Shown here piece after piece: positions 1 to 9,184 of a stretch of 64,000 nt of DNA. The stretch is taken from the NCBI GenBank assembly GCA_025059945.1, contig JANXDC010000001.1, forward strand, positions 1,677 through 65,676, in the 5' to 3' direction. Source of the stretch: Bacteroidota bacterium (GTDB lineage: Bacteria; Bacteroidota; Rhodothermia; JANXDC01). Numbering within the stretch: the stretch's first letter is position 1; every line of letters begins with the position of its first letter. The notes beneath the pieces were generated by a model that was not told where the DNA came from, ran no database searches, and was given only the letters and a program-made list of their open reading frames with translations. A program made the translations under genes and the position numbers.

Positions 1-434
1 TCTTTCGCAAGCTCCTTCGGGAGGTCGGCCTGGAGGGGCGCTTCGAGGTAGATTCGGCCGGCACCGGCTCGTGGCACGTCGGCGAGCCTGCGCATCCGCA
101 GACGCGTCGCATCCTGCAGGAGCATGGGGCCGATTTTCCCCATCGAGCCCGGCAGTTCGGCCCGGAGGATCTGGAGTACTACGATCACATTTTGGTCATG
201 GACAAAGAAAACCTGCGGAACGTGCTCTACTGGGATACGGCAGCTCAGCACGAGCACAAGGTGCGCTTGTTGCGCGCATTTGATTCCGATCCCGAAGACT
301 ACGAGGTGCCCGATCCCTGGGGCCAAGGGCGCAAGGCCTACGAACACGTATACGCGATGTTAGAGCGTTCCTGTCGGAACCTGCTCAAGGTCCTCGTGGC
401 CCAATACGCCCTAGAACCCCTTCCGGTTCAATAG
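1..434 (+). CDS. Low-molecular-weight protein-tyrosine phosphatase, 5'-partial (continues upstream of window)
   Basis: Frame 3 translates without stops from the window edge: ...FRKLLREVGLEGRFEVDSAGTGSWHVGEPAHPQTRRILQEHGADF...VMDKENLRNV. This is the LMW-PTP C-terminal half including the DPYY-like region. Stop at 432-434. The CX5R P-loop would lie upstream of the window. Confidence 0.7.
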   Translation, partial: FRKLLREVGLEGRFEVDSAGTGSWHVGEPAHPQTRRILQEHGADFPHRARQFGPEDLEYYDHILVMDKENLRNVLYWDTAAQHEHKVRLLRAFDSDPEDYEVPDPWGQGRKAYEHVYAMLERSCRNLLKVLVAQYALEPLPVQ

Positions 435-451
435 CCAAACAGGCCCTGACC

Positions 452-1297
452 GTGCTGCTTGCCGAGCTGCGGGCTTGTCTTGGGGGGACCCCGCGCCGGA
501 TGCGCCCCTTGCGAGGGGGCTGCATCCACACCGTGTTGGCCGTGGAGCTTGAGGGAAACGAGACGGTCGTGGTCAAGCAAAACGCCGATGCGCCTCCGGA
601 TCATTTTGCGGCCGAAGCCGACGGGCTGCGGCGTCTGGCCGCAACAGGCTTAGTGCGCACGCCCGAAGTGCTGGCGGTGCATCCTCGTGGGATCGTGTTG
701 CGCTATATCGCCCCCGGTCCGGAGACGGATCATGGATGGGAGACTCTGGGTCGGTCTTTGGCCGCGCTTCACGGCGTTCGCGGCCCCGGCTTTGGGTATG
801 AGCGCGACAACTACCTGGGGCTCTGGCCTCAAGCGAATGGGTGGACGGCCGACGGCTTGGCGTTTTTCCGGGAGCGCCGCCTGGAGCCCCTCCTGCGGAC
901 GCTGCCCTTGTCGGAGCAAGAGGCGCGGGCGGCGCGGTGGCTATTGGATCACCTGGAGGAGCTACTTGCGGGGTGCGCCGAGGAGCCCGTGCTTTTGCAC
1001 GGGGATTTGTGGTCGGGCAATGTACACTTCGACGCCCACGGGCGGGCCTGGTTGCTGGATCCGGCCGTTTATTACGGCTGGCGGGAGGCGGAGTTGGCCT
1101 TCACGCGTCTTTTCGGAGGGTTCCCGGATCGGTTTTATCGCGCCTACGAAGAGGCGCATCCCCTTAAGCCGGGCTTCTCGGAGCGCATGGACCTGTACAA
1201 TCTGTATCCCCTCTTGGTGCACTGGAAGCTCTTCGGCGCCTCATATCGGTCCTCGGTGCGGCTCCTGTTGCGTCGTTACGTACCCTTCGCCCTCTAA
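452..1297 (+). CDS. Fructosamine kinase family protein (FN3K-like)
   Basis: GTG start. Contains the HGDLWSGN catalytic motif and an aminoglycoside-phosphotransferase-like fold. It lies downstream of an LMW-PTP, a known pairing. Confidence 0.8.
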   Translation: MLLAELRACLGGTPRRMRPLRGGCIHTVLAVELEGNETVVVKQNADAPPDHFAAEADGLRRLAATGLVRTPEVLAVHPRGIVLRYIAPGPETDHGWETLGRSLAALHGVRGPGFGYERDNYLGLWPQANGWTADGLAFFRERRLEPLLRTLPLSEQEARAARWLLDHLEELLAGCAEEPVLLHGDLWSGNVHFDAHGRAWLLDPAVYYGWREAELAFTRLFGGFPDRFYRAYEEAHPLKPGFSERMDLYNLYPLLVHWKLFGASYRSSVRLLLRRYVPFAL

Positions 1298-2095
1298 CTT
1301 GATCGCCCCGAGCACAGCTCCCACGAAGGCCTCTGGCTGCTCGCGCATGGGCAGATGTCCGGCCTCGGGCACCACAATCACCCTTGCCCTGGGCAGGCGC
1401 TTGCGGATCCTGCTTGCCCAGCGCAAGGGCAGCAGCCGATCGGATGCACCCCAGAGCAGGGTTACGGGCGTTTTGAGGCGATCTGAAAGGTTGCGGCGCA
1501 GGCCCCAGCGATCCAGATCCATCCATCGGGAGGAGCGCACAAGGGCCGCCAACGTGTCCCGATGGGATCGGCGCTGTTCGGGGTCCGCATCCGGCAAAAG
1601 CAGGCGCAGGAGCAGATGGGCCATGACGGGATGCGAGAAAAAGCTCCTGAAGACCGTGCCCAGCCCGGGCACGTGGGCCAAGAGCGGAAGCTTTTCAGCG
1701 GGATGCCAGCCGGCGGGCGCGACCAGGATCAGGTGGCTGAGGCGCTGGGGATGCCAGAGGGCTTGCGCCAAGCCGATTTTTCCGCTCAGCGAGTGCGCCA
1801 CAAGAGGGGCTCGTTCGATGCCCAGCGCCTCTTGAAAAGCGCATAGCAGGCTTACGTATAGCGGAAGGCTGTAGCAAATGTTCCGAGGCCGTTCGGATTC
1901 GCCGAAGCCCAAAAGATCAAGCGCATAAAGCGTATAGCCGGCCTCGGCCCAGTATGGGGCGGTCATCCGGTACAGGCGGCCGCTTGCCCCAAAGCCGTGA
2001 AGACCAACGATGGGGCGACCTTCCGGGGCTCCCGCCCGGTAGAAGCGATGGCGGAAGCCCTCAAGCCTTATCGTGAAGGCCTCAAAGTCCCGCAT
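1241..2095 (-). CDS. Alpha/beta-fold hydrolase
   Basis: HGFGASG oxyanion region and AHSLSG nucleophile elbow (GxSxG-like), with a C-terminal His. Its 3' end overlaps the convergent FN3K gene by 57 bp. Confidence 0.75.
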   Translation of the reverse strand: MRDFEAFTIRLEGFRHRFYRAGAPEGRPIVGLHGFGASGRLYRMTAPYWAEAGYTLYALDLLGFGESERPRNICYSLPLYVSLLCAFQEALGIERAPLVAHSLSGKIGLAQALWHPQRLSHLILVAPAGWHPAEKLPLLAHVPGLGTVFRSFFSHPVMAHLLLRLLLPDADPEQRRSHRDTLAALVRSSRWMDLDRWGLRRNLSDRLKTPVTLLWGASDRLLPLRWASRIRKRLPRARVIVVPEAGHLPMREQPEAFVGAVLGAIKLEGEGYVTTQQEPHRGPI

Positions 2096-2831
2096 CCTGT
2101 GGGGTGCCGTCTAGCAGCGCAGCGAGCGCCACTTCGGGAGGTTCTAGGCGCTCGAGCACGCGCCAGGCCCCGACTTGCCGAAGCGCCTCGGCCCCGTAAG
2201 GACCCGTGGCCACGGCCAATACGCGGACCCCGTACGGAAGACCGCAGCGTACGTCGTATTCGGTGTCCCCGACTAGCAGGGTTTCTTGGGCCGTGAAGTT
2301 TCGCCGCGCATAGGCGGCGGCGCGGGCCCAAGCGATGGGCAAAAGCCGATCGCGCTCCGCATCGTCGCTGCCGAAGGCCCCTAGCAAGGGGGGGTCCGCA
2401 TCGTTCGGGGTCTTCCGCTGTCGCGGAAAGTATTCTAAAAGCCCCGCCGCCGCTAACTTCAGCCGAGCGCCGGCTTCGAGGTTGCCCGTAAGCAGGCCTA
2501 AAAGCACCTCAGTACGCGCTCGCAGGCCCTCTAAAAGCGCGCGCACACCCGGCAGCACCTCTACGTGTTCGGGCCGCAGCTCCTCGGCCAGACACACAAG
2601 GTATCGCCTGAGGGCCTCCGGCAGTCCAGCCGCGATCTCTTCTTCGGGCACCCCGCCTAGACGGGCCAGGTCCCGGAAGATCTGCGGATCGGTCTTGCCC
2701 GCAAACGCGTAGCCCTGAGCGGAGATGCGACGCCCGAAGACCTCCTGCAGGATCGTTTCCACCAGGGGTCGGCTGCGGCCGCGCACGCGCAGCAGCGTTC
2801 CGTCGATGTCGAACAAAATAAGCCGCTTCAT
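2082..2831 (-). CDS. HAD-superfamily hydrolase (phosphatase-like)
   Basis: N-terminal LFDIDGTLL (DxDGT motif I) and VGDTEYD motif IV. A 14-bp overlap with the downstream gene suggests an operon. Confidence 0.8.
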   Translation of the reverse strand: MKRLILFDIDGTLLRVRGRSRPLVETILQEVFGRRISAQGYAFAGKTDPQIFRDLARLGGVPEEEIAAGLPEALRRYLVCLAEELRPEHVEVLPGVRALLEGLRARTEVLLGLLTGNLEAGARLKLAAAGLLEYFPRQRKTPNDADPPLLGAFGSDDAERDRLLPIAWARAAAYARRNFTAQETLLVGDTEYDVRCGLPYGVRVLAVATGPYGAEALRQVGAWRVLERLEPPEVALAALLDGTPQDAGL

Positions 2832-3625
2832 GGCTCCCAGGACACCAGAACGCGCTGGCCCACCTTAAGGTCGAAAACGCCAGCGGCTGAGCCCTCTCGG
2901 ATGGCCAGTTCGATGAAGCCGGCGCTGCCCACAATGGCCAGGGCTTGTCCCGGATCGACCGCCGCGTAGGCGGGCACAAGGCCCCGGCAGCGCAGGTCTT
3001 TGGCGGTGAACACGGGCGTTCGATTTGGGGGGAGGTCTTCGGGCCGGATGTTGGTGATGAGGTTGCCGAAGCGATCGACGTGCAAGATCTGGCCCACTAT
3101 GTACGCATCGCCGCGAATCGGCCGCGTCCACTGCGCCGGGGTAAGCTCCCGTATGGGGCTTCCGAGCGCTTCTAGGGGCACTCCGTTGGCCAGATGTGCA
3201 GCCACGGGGGCGAAGATATCCCGGCCGTGAAAAGTTCGGCTGACTTCGGGCCGAAACCATTCGGGTCGATCGAGCACGACGGCCTCAAAGGGCGACTCAT
3301 CGAGCAGAAGCTTTAGCAGCCCGTTATCGGGGCCTACGAAGTAGTAGCCGTTGGCCCGCACGGCTACGGGACGCCGTTGGCTTCCGACGCCCGGATCGAC
3401 GACAAACACGTGTATGGTCTCGGGGGGAAAGTGCGCGTAGGCATGCCGCAGCACGAAGGCTCCGTGCAGGATATCATGGGGCCGGATCTCGTGCGATAGG
3501 TCCACAAGGTGCACATCGGGGGCCCGGCATAGGATCTCCCCCTTCATCGCGCCCACGAAGTAATCGGCGGTGCCGAAGTCCGTTAACAGCGTGATAATGC
3601 GAGCCATGCGAACCCGAATGCCCAT
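2828..3625 (-). CDS. SAM hydroxide adenosyltransferase family protein (DUF62; fluorinase/chlorinase-like SAM hydrolase)
   Basis: N-terminal LLTDFGTADYFVGAMKG and FVGPDNGLL match the DUF62 family. It overlaps the HAD start codon (ATGA). An alternative start is MARIITLL at 3607. Confidence 0.75.
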   Translation of the reverse strand: MGIRVRMARIITLLTDFGTADYFVGAMKGEILCRAPDVHLVDLSHEIRPHDILHGAFVLRHAYAHFPPETIHVFVVDPGVGSQRRPVAVRANGYYFVGPDNGLLKLLLDESPFEAVVLDRPEWFRPEVSRTFHGRDIFAPVAAHLANGVPLEALGSPIRELTPAQWTRPIRGDAYIVGQILHVDRFGNLITNIRPEDLPPNRTPVFTAKDLRCRGLVPAYAAVDPGQALAIVGSAGFIELAIREGSAAGVFDLKVGQRVLVSWEP

Positions 3626-3680
3626 GCGCGCTTCAAGATAGGTCTCTTAAGCCTCCGGCGACAACGCGCTGCGTTCGGGC

Positions 3681-5987
3681 CTAGGGCCGGCCCAACCATA
3701 GAAGCGGCTGCTGTTTGCTGGGGCGACCGTCTACTAGGAGAAGCGCCAGATACCACCCTGCGGGTAGTCCTTTGGGGGAGCAGCGGATCTCATGAGCGCC
3801 CGCCTCATAGGTGCCCTCTAGGAATCGGCCCACAAGACGGCCCAGCACATCATAGAGGAGCAGCTGCACCCGGGCGGTGCGAGCCAGTTGCAGGCGCACC
3901 GTTATCGTATTTCGTGCCGGGTTGGGAAAAAAAGCCGGGTTTGGAGTTACGGCAAGCTCGCTTTGTCGGGACCAGCCCGTCGGGATGACCGAAGCAAGTT
4001 CGCGCGATTCGCTGTAAATCGATTGCCCTGGGCCCATCTCCAGACGGATCCGGTAATGGATACGCGCCCTAGCCGGCACAGGATCAAGATAACGTCCCTC
4101 GGGCTCGAAGCGTAGCCGTGCGACCGGAAAGAACGGCTCTTGATCCCGGGCGCGCTCGATAAGAAGGTGCGAGAAGCGGACGTCCGTTTGAACGCGCCAG
4201 CGTATGACGGCCGTCGTATCGTCTTGTCGGCTCACCTCCAGGGTGATCCGGCTCAAGAGGGTCGAGGTCCCCAGCACTTCGATTGCGCCCAGATCGGGCG
4301 CGGCTCCGTAGTAGGGAAGGCCTACGTCTCGACCGGCATCTAGAGCGGGGCTATTGGGGGGAGGTTCAAAGGCGCTTTGCCATTCCGATAGGCCGTTTCG
4401 TCCGACTAAGAAGGGACGCAATGCGGGATCGACATATCGGCTGTGGAGGTCTTGTCCGCTTATGGCTTGGTAGGCCTGCCAGGATAGGTCGGATTCATGC
4501 CATCGGACGACGGGGCCGCCGTCTGCGCGCCACCAGAGGTTGTAATCGGAACGAAAACCCGATCGGGCTTCGCCGTATACCTTCAGGGCCGGCGTTTGGG
4601 TCGTGCTCACGGCCAGGCAGTTCGTCAGCCGCACCGTGGTCGGGGCGTTGTCCTGGGGGATGTCGTTGACGAACCAGCCTGAGGCGAACTCCGCCATCAG
4701 AGTCGGTAGGTGCGTGTTATTACCCCAAGAGGTGCAGTGCAAATACTCCACCTCTTGCGCGTCCAGGGCCTGAAAGCCCGCCGAGAGGTTATCAAAGGCG
4801 ATACAGCGTACGTATTGGATACGCCGACTAAAGCGATCCGCAAAGAACCCCCAGGCTCCGTAGCGGGTGCGCACAGCGGGGTCACGGCCGATCCCGTTGG
4901 AGAACGACACGCAGTCTGAGTACGTAACGTCCTCAACGTCCTCGAACGTCGAAAAGCCCGATTCGTCGTCGCGGAGCAGCGCGTTGTGATGCGCGATGGC
5001 GCGTTGGACTTGCACTTGGCGCGTGCGCACCAGGTTTACGCCCCCAGCTCCGCAGTGGCTCACTTCCAGGTCCTCGATAAGCACGTTTTCGGCGTTGCGG
5101 ATCAAGATGCCCACGTCTTTTGCGCGCGTAACGGTAAGACGACGTAAAATAATGCCTACGTGTTTGCGGGACTCGTTTGCCTGCAGGAGCATACCCCGCA
5201 TCCCCACGTCGCGGATCACCACGTCCTCGACCACTAGTCCCCGTTGCCCCTCGTAGGCCCACACAAATCCGTCGCTGTGGCTTTTCTCGATGATGAGGTT
5301 TCGAAAGGTCCAGTAGCTGGAGTGCCAGATGAGCACGGTGCCACGGTTGTCCTCATAGGCGGCTGGGCCGTTTGAGCCCCGCAGGATGAGGTTTTCGATC
5401 ACGATATGGTGCCGATAGCCGCCGTCGCTGACGACGCAGTCCCGGCTGTCGTATTCGATCTGTTTGGTGTCGGGATGGCTATCGTCGAAAGTGCGCACGT
5501 ACAGGTAGCCGTTCTGGTAGGCCCACTGCCCGGGTCCATTTAGCGCCCCGAGGTCGGCTCGGCGCTGCAAGGGTTGCAGGTTTTCGAAGACCTGCCGAGG
5601 CTCCCAGCCTTCCCAAGGAGGGAGCACGGGGCAGCGGTAAATCCGACCCCGGTAAAGTTGCCATCCTGTGGCCACCTCAAGGGAGGTTACGACGACCTCC
5701 CCCAGCCGACGGGCTCGAAACGTAATCGGCGCACCGGGTCTGCCGCTTCGCCGCGGAAAGAGCACCTCCCGGTATACTCCGGGTAGCAGGATGACCGTAT
5801 CCCCCGGGCCGGCCACAGTGGCCGCTTTGCCAATAGTGCGAAAGGCCCGTTCCGGACTCCTGCCGTCGGCTCCGTCGTGACCCGATGGACTTACGTAATA
5901 GATTGTCTGCGCCAGCAGGGCATCCGTGGACCCCAACAGCGCCCAGACGATAAGCAGGATCCACGCGCGTGTTCGAATGCGCCTCAT
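3681..5987 (-). CDS. Secreted right-handed parallel beta-helix (pectin-lyase-fold) protein with T9SS C-terminal sorting domain
   Basis: N-terminal signal peptide (MRRIRTRAWILLIVWALLGSTDALLAQT). N-terminal YYVSPSGHDGADG...PGDTVILLPGVY is typical of beta-helix repeat proteins. The C-terminal ~80 aa (TVRLQLARTARVQLLLYDVLGRLVG...GWYLALLLVDG) resembles a Por secretion CTD. Confidence 0.7.
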   Translation of the reverse strand: MRRIRTRAWILLIVWALLGSTDALLAQTIYYVSPSGHDGADGRSPERAFRTIGKAATVAGPGDTVILLPGVYREVLFPRRSGRPGAPITFRARRLGEVVVTSLEVATGWQLYRGRIYRCPVLPPWEGWEPRQVFENLQPLQRRADLGALNGPGQWAYQNGYLYVRTFDDSHPDTKQIEYDSRDCVVSDGGYRHHIVIENLILRGSNGPAAYEDNRGTVLIWHSSYWTFRNLIIEKSHSDGFVWAYEGQRGLVVEDVVIRDVGMRGMLLQANESRKHVGIILRRLTVTRAKDVGILIRNAENVLIEDLEVSHCGAGGVNLVRTRQVQVQRAIAHHNALLRDDESGFSTFEDVEDVTYSDCVSFSNGIGRDPAVRTRYGAWGFFADRFSRRIQYVRCIAFDNLSAGFQALDAQEVEYLHCTSWGNNTHLPTLMAEFASGWFVNDIPQDNAPTTVRLTNCLAVSTTQTPALKVYGEARSGFRSDYNLWWRADGGPVVRWHESDLSWQAYQAISGQDLHSRYVDPALRPFLVGRNGLSEWQSAFEPPPNSPALDAGRDVGLPYYGAAPDLGAIEVLGTSTLLSRITLEVSRQDDTTAVIRWRVQTDVRFSHLLIERARDQEPFFPVARLRFEPEGRYLDPVPARARIHYRIRLEMGPGQSIYSESRELASVIPTGWSRQSELAVTPNPAFFPNPARNTITVRLQLARTARVQLLLYDVLGRLVGRFLEGTYEAGAHEIRCSPKGLPAGWYLALLLVDGRPSKQQPLLWLGRP

Positions 5988-6235
5988 GGCGACGTTCTTC
6001 TAAAGACCTTCTGGTCGCTTGCCACTGCTCCCCGAGTCGTCTTTCTGCTTCGCCTCGTGGGGCTTGAGTGCCAACAAACCTGAGAGCAAAATAAAGGCCA
6101 GTCAGGGAAGAGTAAAGCCTCTAGATTCGGGGTACAGGGGGGTCGAAATCGCGTAAGTCAATAAATCGTTACACCTCAAAGCCGCGCTCGTAGCGTTTCT
6201 TCGTTGCGGGGATTCGAAATAGGGAGCCAGAACAC

Positions 6236-9178
6236 ATGCGTCGATGGCTATTGCTGTTGCCTGTTGTGCTCGTGACGGGGACCGTTGAGGGAGCCCGTCC
6301 GGAGCGATGGCAACAGCGGGTTCGCTACCAGATGGAGGTGACCCTAGATCCCGCTACGCACCGGATGCGGGGATGGCAGCGTCTGCTCTATTACAACCAC
6401 AGTCCAGATACGCTCCGGCGCCTGTTTTATCACCTTTATTTCAACGCCTTTCAGCCGGGTAGCATGATGGACGTACGCAACCGTACCATAACGGATCCGG
6501 ATGCGCGCCTGGAGCGCATCCGCCGCCTCAGGCCTGAGGAGTACGGCTGGCACCGGGTGCGCGAGCTCACCCAGGACGGCAGTCCGGTATCCTGGCGCCT
6601 GCGGGAGACGGTCCTAGAGGTGACGCTGAACCGTCCCCTTGCGCCGGGGGATTCGACCGTGCTTGAGATGCGCTTTGAAAGCCAAGTGCCCCTTCAGATC
6701 CGCCGCAGCGGCCGGCACAACGCCGAGGGCGTCGACTATTCCATGGCCCAATGGTACCCGAAGCTTGTCGCCTACGACGCCGAGGGATGGCATCCGGACC
6801 CTTATGTGGGCCGGGAGTTTTATGGCATCTGGGGCGATTTCGAGGTGAAGATTCGGCTTCCGGCCCACTACGTGGTCGGGGCCACGGGTGTACTCCAGAA
6901 CCCCCAGGAGGTGGGACACGGCTATGCGGGCGATCCCGACATCGACGGGCGGCCCCGAAGCCCTCAGGACACGTTGACGTGGCACTTTCTGGCCCGCAAC
7001 GTGCACGATTTCGCCTGGGTCGCAGACCCCGAATTTCGGCATGAAGTCGTGCAGGGCCCGGAGGGCATCCGGATTCATCTGCTCTATCTGCCCGAGGTAG
7101 CCCCGCGATGGCGCCCGATGCGCCAATGGGTGCCGCGCATTTTGGAGTTCTGCATCCGCACCTTCGGCCCGTATCCGTACCCGCAGCTTACGGTTGCTCA
7201 GGCCGGAGATGGGGGGATGGAGTATCCGAACATCGTCTTCATCACGGGCCGCCGCAGCCCGATGAGCCTGCTCGGCGTCACGGTGCACGAGATTGTGCAC
7301 AATTGGTTCTACGGGCTGCTGGCCAACAACGAAAGCCGGGAGGCCTGGCTGGATGAGGGCTTTACGAGCTGGGCTACGCAGGAGGGGATCGCCTACGTGT
7401 TGGGTCTTAAGCCGGATCATACGGGTTCGTATGTGGCGTACCTGCGCACCGCCTTAAGCGGTCTGGAGGAGCCCATGGCCCTGCACAGCGATCATTTCGC
7501 CACGCATCAGGCCTATACGACGGCGGCTTACGCCAAGGGCGCCGTCATCGTGGAGCAGCTGCGTTCTGTGATCGGACCTGAGGCGCACGCGCAGCTGATG
7601 CGCCGCTACTACGAAGCCTGGCGTTTTCGACATCCCACGGCCCGCGATTTCGCCCGCCTGGCTGAGCGCGTAAGCGGCATGGAACTGGACTGGTACTTTA
7701 TGCAGTGGCTTTACACGACGCGCAAGCTCGATTACGCTGTAGAGCACATGCGTCGTCGGCCGCTCCCGGACGGCCGCTGGGCTGTGGAAGTGCGGCTGCG
7801 CAACCGAGACCTGGCGCTGGCTCCGGTGGACTTGGCTTTGCGGCTGGCCGACGGTTCGATTCAGCGGGTCCACATACCCCAGCTCATCCAATGGGGGCAC
7901 CGGCCCTTGGCTGCCCGAGAACGCCTGGGCGATCCTTGGCGCTGGACGGATCCCGTCTACGTGTACCGGGACACTCTGCCGGCCCGGCCCGTGCGCGTGG
8001 AGCTGGATCCTGAGCTTCGGCTGCCGGATTACAACCGGCTCAACAACGTGTGGGGTCGCCCCGGCCCGGTGCGCTGGTCCTTTCTTGAGCCCGTAGAGCC
8101 CGGTTGGAGGCACTACCACGTAGCTTGGCGTCCAGCCTTCTGGTACGCCTCGCACACGGGCCTGCGCCTGGGTCTGGATCTGGATGGGGCCTACTTGTTT
8201 GGAGATCGCGCCATAAGCGCCACGGCTTGGATCCAGTCGGGTCCCCTCCGCAAGCCGCGGCCCGGCCTAGAGGCGCAGGCGAGCGCAAGCCGGCAGTTAA
8301 GCCCCTACGCGCAAAGCGCGCTGCGCTGGGCTCGGCTCTGGGGCATAATGGAGCTGCGCTGGACGGCCCAGCTTCGGCATTCGGTCTTGCCCGGGCCGCG
8401 CAGAGGCGCCCTAGAGCTCATGCTCACCTATCAGCACGCCCCTCAGAGCCGCTTTCGGGGTCCGGGCTTTCAATGGGAACCCCGTCAAGAGCTTACGCTG
8501 GGGCTCGCCCTGCAGGAGTCGGACCGGTTCGGAGGCGGAGGCCGGCTGCAGCTAGAAGGCTCAAACTCGGGGCTGCGGGCCATGCTGTGGCGGCAATGGG
8601 TATGGCCGCTAGGCCAAGATGCGCTCATCGGAAGACTTCTTGCGGGGTCAGCCGGCTCCCGCATTGCAGCCCACAAGCGCTTCCTGCTGGGCCTGGGCAC
8701 CCCTGAGGCCCAGTGGCGCAACGCGGCTTACGCGTATCTGTCGAACGCCGGCCAGCCGATCCTGCAAGATAGCTACGCGCCCGTACACGGCTACGGGCCC
8801 GTCGGGCGCGGAGCAAGCCGGTGGCAAAGCGGCACTCATGTGCTGAGCGCAAGCCTGTCCTATGTACGTTCTGCCCCTCTGGGCAGAGGGGAGCTTATCA
8901 GACCGCTTCGGCTTGAGCTTATGGGAGCCCTGGGTGCGCTATGGAATGGCTCCTGGCGCGATCGGCTTCGCTCGGCCGCGGGCTGGCAGCTAGAGGTGGC
9001 GGCCGCCCTCGGGTATCGGATCCGCGAGTTTGCCCGCTTGTCGCGATGGGTGGCTCAGTCGGAGCTGCTGCGGACGCTAGAGGTGACGGTGCGCCTGCCC
9101 CTGCTAGCCGGGCACCTCTCGGAGCCGGTTCTCAAGGTTCAGCAGCCGTACTTGGGGCTGCTGGTAGCCCCCTGGTAG
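6236..9178 (+). CDS. M1-family zinc metallopeptidase with long C-terminal beta-barrel-like extension
   Basis: Signal peptide. HEIVHNWFYG...E(18)...LDEGFTSWAT is the HEXXH-E gluzincin motif of the M1 family, with the M1 catalytic region in the first ~500 aa. The last ~450 aa have alternating hydrophobic patterning and end in ...LGLLVAPW (aromatic terminus). Confidence 0.8.
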   Translation: MRRWLLLLPVVLVTGTVEGARPERWQQRVRYQMEVTLDPATHRMRGWQRLLYYNHSPDTLRRLFYHLYFNAFQPGSMMDVRNRTITDPDARLERIRRLRPEEYGWHRVRELTQDGSPVSWRLRETVLEVTLNRPLAPGDSTVLEMRFESQVPLQIRRSGRHNAEGVDYSMAQWYPKLVAYDAEGWHPDPYVGREFYGIWGDFEVKIRLPAHYVVGATGVLQNPQEVGHGYAGDPDIDGRPRSPQDTLTWHFLARNVHDFAWVADPEFRHEVVQGPEGIRIHLLYLPEVAPRWRPMRQWVPRILEFCIRTFGPYPYPQLTVAQAGDGGMEYPNIVFITGRRSPMSLLGVTVHEIVHNWFYGLLANNESREAWLDEGFTSWATQEGIAYVLGLKPDHTGSYVAYLRTALSGLEEPMALHSDHFATHQAYTTAAYAKGAVIVEQLRSVIGPEAHAQLMRRYYEAWRFRHPTARDFARLAERVSGMELDWYFMQWLYTTRKLDYAVEHMRRRPLPDGRWAVEVRLRNRDLALAPVDLALRLADGSIQRVHIPQLIQWGHRPLAARERLGDPWRWTDPVYVYRDTLPARPVRVELDPELRLPDYNRLNNVWGRPGPVRWSFLEPVEPGWRHYHVAWRPAFWYASHTGLRLGLDLDGAYLFGDRAISATAWIQSGPLRKPRPGLEAQASASRQLSPYAQSALRWARLWGIMELRWTAQLRHSVLPGPRRGALELMLTYQHAPQSRFRGPGFQWEPRQELTLGLALQESDRFGGGGRLQLEGSNSGLRAMLWRQWVWPLGQDALIGRLLAGSAGSRIAAHKRFLLGLGTPEAQWRNAAYAYLSNAGQPILQDSYAPVHGYGPVGRGASRWQSGTHVLSASLSYVRSAPLGRGELIRPLRLELMGALGALWNGSWRDRLRSAAGWQLEVAAALGYRIREFARLSRWVAQSELLRTLEVTVRLPLLAGHLSEPVLKVQQPYLGLLVAPW

Positions 9179-9184
9179 GGCGCT

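Noticed and set aside
687-1835. 382-aa plus-strand ORF spanning the FN3K and alpha/beta hydrolase genes
   Set aside because: It is in an alternative frame and opposite strand relative to two ORFs with clear family motifs. Composition is Arg/Gly/Pro/Ser-rich, the classic high-GC shadow ORF.
6614-8155. 268-aa and 233-aa minus-strand ORFs inside the M1 peptidase gene
   Set aside because: They are antisense to an ORF with an intact HEXXH-E catalytic motif. Judged high-GC artefacts.
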